Shown one piece after another: positions 53,918 to 61,886 of a stretch of DNA of 64,000 nt. The number at the start of each line of letters is the position of its first letter. Positions within the stretch are counted from its first letter, which is position 1. Under the pieces are notes generated by a model. That model was not told the DNA's origin. It ran no database searches and worked only from the letters and a program-made list of their open reading frames with translations. The DNA comes from Betaproteobacteria bacterium (GTDB lineage Bacteria; Pseudomonadota; Gammaproteobacteria; Burkholderiales; Burkholderiaceae_E): contig JANLRI010000058.1 of NCBI GenBank assembly GCA_031361565.1, forward strand, positions 6,800 through 70,799. Direction: 5' to 3'. A program made the translations under genes and the position numbers.

Positions 53918-54054
53918 CTACGCACGTGATTTGGGTAAACGCGCACCAGAGGAGGGTCCCGAATAGGGCCCTCCTTGTGCATTCATCCCGTGCGTCGCCA
54001 AGCAAACCCGCAACCGACCAGCGAAAAACCTCAAGAAACTTTCCCGGAACGACG

Positions 54055-56577
54055 ATGAGCGCGGCAGGAATATTTGCGATGTTTGGAAGAAAGAACGCCG
54101 GTGTCTGGGCTTTCAATGCCCTGCTCCTTCTCGGAGCAGTATTCATCGCGTCCAAGCTGGGCTCCTCAACCACCCCCGTTTTACCCACACCACTAGGTCT
54201 GCCTTGGTACTTGATGATCGCCATTGCTGCGGGCGCCGAGCTTTGTTTGTTCTCCGTCCGGTACCGAAACGATGCCCAAACCTTTACCCTCGGTGAGATT
54301 AGCTACGCACTAGGGGCAGCGTTCTATCCGCCGAGGCAGTTCCTCGCCGCCACCGCTATCGGCTTAACTCTGGTCTTTCTAGGCCGACGAGCCCCCGCCA
54401 CCCGGCTTCTTTTCAACGTGGGTGCAACCTCGATAGCCGCAAGCGTGGTGATCGCTACCACTCGGGCGCTTGCTGGTCCGAATGCGCACACCACCAGCCT
54501 GCGATTGTGGTTCGGGATCATCCTTGGATCTGCCATTGCCTCCGCCGTTCAAGCCGTGCTTGTGGGAATGGTGCGATCTATCGCCGAAAAGAGATGGGCT
54601 GCCCTTACCGAAGCGCCGCGGGTCATTTTCTTCTCCGAGTTGAACAGCATCGCCGTGGCTGCCATGGGTGTGCTGATCGCCATTGTGCTCAGCGTTGCGC
54701 CCGGGGTGGCGATCGTCGGCGTCGTACCCCTTGGATTGCTCTATCTTGCCTTTAGCCAGATCGTGCTTGAGCACACCCGAAGAACCAATGTCGAGTTTCT
54801 CTACGAAACTGCACAAAGCATTCACAACACGCCCGATATAGAACAGGCACTTACCAGCCTCTTGGAACGTTCACTTACTAGTTTTCAGGCAGACTTTGGT
54901 GCGGTATTGCTTCGACGTGCCGACAGCGGCCAGTGGATGAGCTTTTGTGTTGGACAAACTGTTGGCGGCATCACAAAACTTGGCAGCCAACCTCGCTGGA
55001 TTCCTGAACCGGGAGATGCACTGGTATGTCACAGGAACGACGCAAACCATAAAGAGCTTCAGCTGTTGGACCAGCTCGTCGCCAATCATGCATTAATATA
55101 CACACTTACGGTTAATAGTGAGGTAAGTGGTCTGCTCATCGTGGCTGATCAAGGTGAGAGTGAATCTCCCTTTACCGAAGACAATCGTCGGCTCTTCGAA
55201 TTGCTTGGCAAGCAGGTAGCAATCGGCGTCGAAAACAGTCAGCTAGAGCGTTCACTCGGCGTTCTCGGTCGACTCGAGGAGAAACTACGTCACCAAGCCA
55301 ACCATGATGCGCTTACCGGTCTCGCTAATCGTGCCATGCTCAATGAGGTACTCAAACAGGCAACGGGAAAAAACCGCGCCGTGTTGTTGATCGATCTCGA
55401 CGATTTCAAAATCATCAACGACAGTCTCGGTCACAAAGCAGGTGATGATGTCCTAGTAGAAGTGGCAAACCGGCTTCGCCTAGCTGTGCGCGAAGGTGAT
55501 TTGGTTGCCCGCCTGGGGGGTGACGAATTCGCCATAGTGCTGAGTTCTGATGCGTCTAGTCAACGGGCATTAGCGGTCGCTGAACGCGTCTCGATCAACA
55601 TGGCTCCTTCGATGGAAATCAGTAGTCGACTGGTGCACATCCATGCCAGCGTTGGTGTAGCTGCGGCTGCGGCCGGTGTGCCGATGGAAGAGTTGCTTCG
55701 CAGTGCCGATGTGGCCATGTACCAGTCGAAAAATGCGGGCAAGGGCCAGCACAAATTGTTTGAGCCAGGCATGGATGATTCGGCCCGAGAACGACTGCAA
55801 ATTATTACTGGGCTTGAACGTGCCGTTGCCCGAAACGAACTGGTAATTGAGTACCAACCGATCATGATTTTGCGGTCCCACACAACGGTTGGCGTTGAAG
55901 CCCTTATCCGGTGGAACCATCCCGAACTCGGCCGACTCGGACCGGATCGTTTCGTTCCTTTCGCTGAGGAGAGCGGCGCCATCGTGTCGATTGGCTCGTG
56001 GACCCTAGAGCAAGCCTGTAACGACATTTCCCCGATGACCAACACGCGTGGCGAACCTTTGGAGTTGCACGTGAATGTTTCTCCTCAACAAATTGCTGCT
56101 GTTGACTTCGTCGATGCGGTGATGGCCATTTTGGTTCGTTCCAGCATGGACCCGAGACGACTTGTGCTCGAAATAACCGAAAGAACTGCGCTCGCCGATT
56201 CCAATTCGGTCATCGCCAACGTTCATGCCTTACGTGCACATGGCATTCAGTTAGCACTCGACGATTTCGGCACGGGGTATTCCTCGCTCGCGGCAGCCCA
56301 CAGCTTTCCTCTCGATATCATCAAGATCGACCAACTTTTCGTGAAGGCCATCAACGCACAATCCGATGCCACACTGGTTCGCGCCATCATCGCCATGGCC
56401 TATTCACTGGAGCTTGCACCCGTTGCAGAAGGCATCGAAACGAAGGAGCAGCTAGAAAAACTGGTTGAACTCGGGTGCGTCTTTGGCCAAGGGTACTTTT
56501 TCTCTCAGGCCCTCCCGCTTGCAACCCTCAAAACCTGGCAACTCGAATCGGTTGAAACTGTCTCACCTTTGGGATGA
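54055..56577 (+). CDS. Membrane-anchored GGDEF-EAL (c-di-GMP turnover) protein with a central GAF/sensor-like region
   Basis: The N-terminus is multi-TM. GGDEF domain: HDALTGLANR...DLDDFKIINDSLGHKAGD...ARLGGDEFAI. EAL domain: GVEALIRW, QLALDDFGTGYSSL, IKIDQLF, AEGIET. The start is taken as ATG 54055. The upstream part of the ORF consists only of the repeat array. Confidence 0.85.
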   Translation: MSAAGIFAMFGRKNAGVWAFNALLLLGAVFIASKLGSSTTPVLPTPLGLPWYLMIAIAAGAELCLFSVRYRNDAQTFTLGEISYALGAAFYPPRQFLAATAIGLTLVFLGRRAPATRLLFNVGATSIAASVVIATTRALAGPNAHTTSLRLWFGIILGSAIASAVQAVLVGMVRSIAEKRWAALTEAPRVIFFSELNSIAVAAMGVLIAIVLSVAPGVAIVGVVPLGLLYLAFSQIVLEHTRRTNVEFLYETAQSIHNTPDIEQALTSLLERSLTSFQADFGAVLLRRADSGQWMSFCVGQTVGGITKLGSQPRWIPEPGDALVCHRNDANHKELQLLDQLVANHALIYTLTVNSEVSGLLIVADQGESESPFTEDNRRLFELLGKQVAIGVENSQLERSLGVLGRLEEKLRHQANHDALTGLANRAMLNEVLKQATGKNRAVLLIDLDDFKIINDSLGHKAGDDVLVEVANRLRLAVREGDLVARLGGDEFAIVLSSDASSQRALAVAERVSINMAPSMEISSRLVHIHASVGVAAAAAGVPMEELLRSADVAMYQSKNAGKGQHKLFEPGMDDSARERLQIITGLERAVARNELVIEYQPIMILRSHTTVGVEALIRWNHPELGRLGPDRFVPFAEESGAIVSIGSWTLEQACNDISPMTNTRGEPLELHVNVSPQQIAAVDFVDAVMAILVRSSMDPRRLVLEITERTALADSNSVIANVHALRAHGIQLALDDFGTGYSSLAAAHSFPLDIIKIDQLFVKAINAQSDATLVRAIIAMAYSLELAPVAEGIETKEQLEKLVELGCVFGQGYFFSQALPLATLKTWQLESVETVSPLG

Positions 56578-56662
56578 AATCCGCCCAGTACGCAACGATT
56601 GCGCCCAAAGGTGAAACGGGCATCTACTTAGAGTTCGACAACCGCCGAAGTAGCCTGCTCCA

Positions 56663-56959
56663 ATGATCACACCCGCCACAACACTTGACCCCATGCAGGC
56701 GTACAAACTGCATCCCAAAGTGGCGTTGCGGCCAGAACCATTTGGCGCCTTGGCGTATCACTATGGCAACCGCAAACTGGTCTTTCTCAAATCACCGCGC
56801 ATGGTCGCTCTAGTTCGCGACCTCGGCAGCTACTCAACCCTCGACGATGCCCTCACCGCAGCCGGCCTGACCGAACGATCCCGCCCCAAATACCTCGCCG
56901 CCCTTGAATCGCTCGCCCAATCCGACATGCTCGTCCCCGTGCCCACCTCGATGGGATGA
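56663..56959 (+). CDS. mftB: Mycofactocin biosynthesis chaperone MftB (PqqD-like RRE protein)
   Basis: YKLHPKVALRPEPFGALAYHYGNRKLVFLKS...SDMLVP closely parallels M. tuberculosis MftB as I recall it (WRLHPQVAVRPEPFGALLYHFGTRKLSFLKN...SNMLVP). Confidence 0.85.
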   Translation: MITPATTLDPMQAYKLHPKVALRPEPFGALAYHYGNRKLVFLKSPRMVALVRDLGSYSTLDDALTAAGLTERSRPKYLAALESLAQSDMLVPVPTSMG

Positions 56960-57048
56960 ATTCCTTCTGGACGGGCCGGTTTTGTGACCAACGATTTCAG
57001 AACAAAGGACCCTCAGATGAATTGACTGGGCGCGTGTAGCTTTGGAGC

Positions 57049-58176
57049 ATGGCTGCATTGGTTGAACAACTCAAGAGTGGGCTCGATGCCCCAATTTGTC
57101 TTACGTGGGAGCTCACCTACGCGTGCAACTTGGCGTGCATCCACTGCCTTTCTAGTTCGGGCCGACGTGACCCGGGCGAGTTGAGCACGGCTGAGGCCAA
57201 AGTAGTTGTGGATGAACTAGCGAAACTTCAGGTGTTTTACGTCAATATCGGTGGCGGGGAACCCACGATTAGGCCCGATTTTTTCGAAATCATCGACTAC
57301 TGCGTTGCTAGTGGCGTAGGCGTGAAGTTCTCCACCAACGGTTCGCGTATCGATCAAGCGGCAGCGCAAAGACTCGCCGGTTCAGACTATGTGGACATAC
57401 AAATTTCGCTCGATGGTGCCAACCGTGAAACCAATGATGCCGTCCGCGGTGATGGTTCATGGGACATGGCCATTCGTGCGATGGATAATCTCAAGGCTGC
57501 AAACTTTGGGCAGTTCAAAATCAGCGTCGTGATGACCCGGCACAACGTTTCACAGCTGGATGATTTCGAGGCCCTTGCCGCAACATACGGAGCCGAATTA
57601 AGGCTCACACGTTTGCGCCCAGCCGGTCGTGGCGCCGACACATGGGATCAGCTTCACCCCACCAACGCACAGCAACGCGAACTGTATAACTGGATCATTA
57701 CCCGGCCAAACGTCCTCACCGGCGACTCGTTTTTTCATCTGTCGGCCCTTGGCGAATCACTCCCCGGTTTGAACCTTTGCGGTGCCGGACGTATTGTGTG
57801 TTTGATCGATCCCGTCGGCGAAGTGTACGCATGCCCCTTTGTCATTCACGATGAGTTCCGTGCTGGCTCGGTGCGTGATGATGGTGGTTTCGCAAAGGTA
57901 TGGAAGCAGAGCGACTTGTTCCTTTCGCTTCGTGAACCCTCCTCCCCCGGTGCGTGCGGATCTTGCGGTTCCTATGATGCCTGCCAGGGTGGATGCATGG
58001 CCGCCAAATTCTTTACCGGCCTACCGCTCGACGGCCCCGATCCTGAGTGTGTATGGGGAAATGCCGATGAGGAACTTGCTCGTATTGCTGCGGCCGCAGA
58101 GATCAAACCTGTCCCTTCACCTGATCATTCCAAGCCGGTCAAGATCACGCTGGGCCGCAAACCCATATCGGTGTAG
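57049..58176 (+). CDS. mftC: Mycofactocin radical SAM maturase MftC (radical SAM + SPASM)
   Basis: LDAPICLTWELTYACNLACIHCLSSSG, VFYVNIGGGEPT, ISLDGAN, LTRLRPAGRGAD, LNLCGAGRIVCLIDPVGEVYACPF, CGSCGSYDACQGGCMAAKFFTGLPLDGPDPECV. The protein is near-collinear with Rv0693 as I recall it. Confidence 0.92.
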   Translation: MAALVEQLKSGLDAPICLTWELTYACNLACIHCLSSSGRRDPGELSTAEAKVVVDELAKLQVFYVNIGGGEPTIRPDFFEIIDYCVASGVGVKFSTNGSRIDQAAAQRLAGSDYVDIQISLDGANRETNDAVRGDGSWDMAIRAMDNLKAANFGQFKISVVMTRHNVSQLDDFEALAATYGAELRLTRLRPAGRGADTWDQLHPTNAQQRELYNWIITRPNVLTGDSFFHLSALGESLPGLNLCGAGRIVCLIDPVGEVYACPFVIHDEFRAGSVRDDGGFAKVWKQSDLFLSLREPSSPGACGSCGSYDACQGGCMAAKFFTGLPLDGPDPECVWGNADEELARIAAAAEIKPVPSPDHSKPVKITLGRKPISV

Positions 58177-58297
58177 TTCTCCTTTTCTTTTTGCCATGCA
58201 TCAGGTGCCGCCGGGCCGAGTTGTTCATTCGCACCCGGTGGATTCTGCTTGGATAAACAATCAGTCGGTCCGATCTATTACTAAGTGAACGAATCAA

Positions 58298-59086
58298 ATG
58301 ATTAACGAAGAATTTCCTGTCGACGACGAGGCTAAAGTCCCAACGAGCACCGCCGAAGAAGTGGTGCTCACCGAGGCGCAACGTCGTCGCAAACGCACCA
58401 TTGGGTATCTCAAATTGTGGGGCATTGAAACAGATCTAAGCACGCTTAGTATTCCCCTCGAAGCCACTTCAATTATGGCCACAACAGCAGAGATAGTGGG
58501 CAAGGCCAAAGTGTTTTGCTTGCTTTCGCTCAAAGGCCAGGGGCTCACGTTACGTGAAGTGTTTGCCTTTGCTGATGCATACGAAGTTTGGGAACACGTG
58601 AGTGTGGCCGAGAACAATTACATCCTCGATGAGGCCTCAACCGAATCAACTGACGTGCAGTTTGCGTGGCGCTATGAAGCACTCAACGCATTGCTCTGGG
58701 CCCTGGGACACATGAAGCATTTGGGCTTCCCAGCCGATGCCTCCGATCCAGCCAAGGCCGTGGAGCGTTGCGTGCAACTGGTTCTTCAGCCAGACAGCCA
58801 AAACGCAGCGGCCCGAAAAGCAAGACTCGCTGGCGCCTCAGACAACAATAAGCACGAGCCAGAAATTCGTGGCCGCCAGGATGGGACTGCAAGCACCCCG
58901 TCGGATCGATCCGTCGGGGAAGCACGAGCCGCGAAAGAAATCCTTGATGCTGCCGATGTGGCTTTCGCCCTAAACGCTATTGCCCTGAGTGTGCCCGTCG
59001 GCCAACCTGCACCGGCTGACCTCCACCGCAGCGTGGTCTACGAACGCTCCCTCGCCTTCCGCTGGCTACTCAACCCGGCCCAGTAA
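58298..59086 (+). CDS. Hypothetical protein, possibly DUF4272 family
   Basis: The motif FAWRYEALNALLWALGH resembles my recollection of DUF4272. This is a weak, motif-level assignment. The gene sits between mftC and the OYE genes. Confidence 0.4.
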   Translation: MINEEFPVDDEAKVPTSTAEEVVLTEAQRRRKRTIGYLKLWGIETDLSTLSIPLEATSIMATTAEIVGKAKVFCLLSLKGQGLTLREVFAFADAYEVWEHVSVAENNYILDEASTESTDVQFAWRYEALNALLWALGHMKHLGFPADASDPAKAVERCVQLVLQPDSQNAAARKARLAGASDNNKHEPEIRGRQDGTASTPSDRSVGEARAAKEILDAADVAFALNAIALSVPVGQPAPADLHRSVVYERSLAFRWLLNPAQ

Positions 59087-59243
59087 CTTTCCGCTCACTA
59101 TGAGAAAGAAGTATTTCCTGTTCAGTTTGAGTGGTGAAATTCCGAAGTCTCTACAGAACATCCACATTGACGTGACCCTGGATATCGGAAATAAACGAGC
59201 GGGCCGTTTCGGATTTGGGTGAAACATCGGGCAGGATGCTGGG

Positions 59244-61583
59244 GTGAAGTTGCTGCAACCCCTACCGCTCGGCCGTCCTACCCATTTCCGTGGCGAAGGT
59301 GAACTAGCGATTAATCCGGGGGCTTCTTCACTGGCGCAATCCTCAGTTTCGTCCTCGCCCCACCTTGAGGCGCCACAGTTCCTCGCTCCATCGTTTACGC
59401 CAAGTGCGGCGCCCAGCCGGGTGATGTTTGGCCCGCATGAAACCAACCTTGGTCGCCATCGCGATTTCACCGACCGTCACGTGGCCTATTACGCCCGCAG
59501 AGCCCTGGGCGGTACCGGAATCATCGTGACCGAAGAGGCTTCGGTGCACCCCAGCGACTGGCCCTACGAACGCGCGCCCCTCTGCAACTCCACCGAAGCT
59601 ACGACATCCGGCAAATCCAACACAGCCAGCTCATCCAACACAGCCACCACAACCACCACAACCACTACAACCGCTACAACCGCTACAACCGCTACAGCCA
59701 ACATTCCTACCGTCCCCAATTGGCGTTCTATTGGCGATGCAGTTCGTGCCACCGGAACCGGCTGTGTGGTGCTTGCCGGGCTTGGCCATTCTGGTGGGCA
59801 GGGTACGAGTCATTGGAGTCAGCGGGAATTGTGGGCCCCGTCGGCAGTGCCTGAGGTGGCTTCGCGTGAAGTTCCCAAAATCATGGAACAGGCCGATATC
59901 AACGCAGTAATCCAAGGCTTCGCCGCAGCAGCAAAACACGCCCGGCTTCAAGGGCTCCACGGTGTAGAAATCAACGCCGGACAGAATTCGTTAATCCGCC
60001 AGTTTCTCAGTGGACTTACTAATATGCGAAGCGACGAATACGGTACAGATCGCACCCGTTTCGCCCGTGAGGTCCTCACCGCTGTTCGCCAAGCCGTAGA
60101 TGAGCAAGACCCAAACGCCCCAACCAGCCCAACCAGCCCAACCAGCCCAACCAGCCCAACCAGCCCAACCAGCCCAACCAGCCCAACCAGCATTGTGGCG
60201 TTGCGTTTGTGTGTCGACGAGATGGCCCCATGGGCGGGCCTTGTCCCCGAAGCCGGTGCCGCTATCGCCGTGGAGTTGGCCCCCTACGTTGATCTGATTA
60301 CGGTGGTCCGCGGTTCGATTTACACTACCTGGGCCACCCAACCCGATGGCCATATCGAGCCAGGATTCGGCATCGATCTAGCCCGTAAGGTGCGGACGGA
60401 GTTGCGCGCAGCGGGCTTTCAAATTCCCGTCTTTGCTCAAGGCTCGATTGTCCATTGGGGCCAAGCGGAATGGGCGCTTGATTCCGAGGCCAGCGATGGC
60501 GTGGAAATGACCCGGGCACAATTAGCTGATGCCGAGTTGGTCAGCAAGCTTCGCCATGATCAATCTGCACGCATACGACCTTGTCTACTATGCAATCAAA
60601 CCTGCAAGGTTCGCGATAATCGTTCGCCGATTGTCACCTGTGTGGTCGATCCTTTCACCGGCCATGAAACCGAAGACCAACCAGTTCCTGCTTCCCTTCA
60701 ACCGAGCAATCAACGTGTGCTTACTATCATCGGCGGTGGCGTTGCTGGCATGGAAGCGGCCCGTGTCGGTGCGTTGCGCGGATTTGCGGTCACCGTGATT
60801 GAATCATCGCCCGCACTTGGCGGAATCGTTGTTGCTGCGGCTCGTGGTTCTGGGCGAGCGCGGCTTCACACCATCGTGGATTGGCTCATCAGCGAACTGG
60901 TCGTGTTAGGCGTAACCGTGCGGTGCAACGAAACCGTCAGCAACCGTCGGCTTGCGGAGTTACGGGCCGCTGGTGAGGTCATTGTGGCCACCGGCGCAAC
61001 CAGGGGCAACTTGCCGTTCACCACAGAGCCCAATGCCAACATCCACCACGCCGCCGATCTCCTTGGCAACCCTTCGTTAGTTGAGAAAATCTCTATGGGC
61101 CCCGTCGTCATCTGGGACCCGATTGGCGGTCCAATCGCAATTTCCATCGCCGAGCTTCTCGCCAACGACGACAGCCAGGACAACGCAGGAACAGCAGGAA
61201 CAGCAGGAACAGCAGGAAATGCAGGAAATGCTCCTAGCTTCATGCATAGGGTCACGCTGGTAACCCCCGATCTGCTTGTCGGTGAAAAGCTGGCCCTCAC
61301 CGGCGATCTCGCCCCTTCCCAACCCCGTCTGCACGGCGGTGGTGTCAACCTCATCAAACGATCCCTTGTGCGCAACGTTTCGGCCACCGAAGTTCTGGTG
61401 GAGGATCGTTTCAGCGGCGTACAAACCACCATTGCTTGCAAAACCTTCATCGCCTGCGGCCACCGCCTCCCCAACACCCTCCTAGACCCCAGCGAGATGT
61501 ACCTCCAAGCCGGCGACCGCGTAGCCCCTCGAACCATCCACGAAGCCATCCTCGAAGGCCGCCGATCCGCCCAAAAACTGTAA
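59244..61583 (+). CDS. FadH/OYE-family FMN/FAD/[4Fe-4S] oxidoreductase (mycofactocin-associated type), with several low-complexity inserts
   Basis: OYE TIM-barrel blocks: VMFGPHETNL, GGTGIIVTEEASVHP, HGVEINAGQNSLIRQFLS. Cys cluster CLLCNQTC...TC. C-terminal Rossmann motif IIGGGVAGMEAA. The start (GTG 59244) is uncertain. Confidence 0.75.
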   Translation: MKLLQPLPLGRPTHFRGEGELAINPGASSLAQSSVSSSPHLEAPQFLAPSFTPSAAPSRVMFGPHETNLGRHRDFTDRHVAYYARRALGGTGIIVTEEASVHPSDWPYERAPLCNSTEATTSGKSNTASSSNTATTTTTTTTTATTATTATANIPTVPNWRSIGDAVRATGTGCVVLAGLGHSGGQGTSHWSQRELWAPSAVPEVASREVPKIMEQADINAVIQGFAAAAKHARLQGLHGVEINAGQNSLIRQFLSGLTNMRSDEYGTDRTRFAREVLTAVRQAVDEQDPNAPTSPTSPTSPTSPTSPTSPTSPTSIVALRLCVDEMAPWAGLVPEAGAAIAVELAPYVDLITVVRGSIYTTWATQPDGHIEPGFGIDLARKVRTELRAAGFQIPVFAQGSIVHWGQAEWALDSEASDGVEMTRAQLADAELVSKLRHDQSARIRPCLLCNQTCKVRDNRSPIVTCVVDPFTGHETEDQPVPASLQPSNQRVLTIIGGGVAGMEAARVGALRGFAVTVIESSPALGGIVVAAARGSGRARLHTIVDWLISELVVLGVTVRCNETVSNRRLAELRAAGEVIVATGATRGNLPFTTEPNANIHHAADLLGNPSLVEKISMGPVVIWDPIGGPIAISIAELLANDDSQDNAGTAGTAGTAGNAGNAPSFMHRVTLVTPDLLVGEKLALTGDLAPSQPRLHGGGVNLIKRSLVRNVSATEVLVEDRFSGVQTTIACKTFIACGHRLPNTLLDPSEMYLQAGDRVAPRTIHEAILEGRRSAQKL
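60120..60191 (+). repeat. Perfect 9-nt tandem repeat (ccaaccagc)x8, encoding (PTS)8, inside the first OYE gene
   Basis: Read directly. It is in frame with the CDS. Confidence 0.95.
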
Positions 61584-61886
61584 GTTCAGACCGCGAGGTT
61601 CAAATAACCCTCGGAAAAAACGATGGAACTCCCAAGCACCTGCCTCAGATACCAAAGCCCGTTACAACAGGGGTTCATCGAAGATCAGGCAGAACATCGA
61701 TGCGTGGCCGCTGATTCCTGGGCCGATTGAAACCGGGTTGCTCGGCAGAACAAAGGTCTCCGGGAAATCTCGTCACGACATTCTTGCGTTCCGGTGCACC
61801 GTTTGCGGTCAACTCGAACTGGTAGTGCCGGTCTAGACCACGGGCTACGGCTACCGAGCCGCAAAACCAACGATTACCTCCACTCG

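Noticed and set aside
56574-56666. Calling the 30-codon ORF upstream of mftB a bona fide mftA.
   Set aside because: It lacks the near-invariant C-terminal (I/V)DGxCGVY and has 12 residues after its only G-I-Y. It is kept as a finding, not annotated as mftA.
59100-59222. A 40-codon ORF (MRKKYFLFSLSGEIPKSLQNIHIDVTLDIGNKRAGRFGFG) in the A/T-richer gap before OYE-1, considered as an alternative RiPP precursor.
   Set aside because: It has no similarity to MftA and no obvious RBS, and nothing but its size and position supports it. It cannot be supported from sequence alone.
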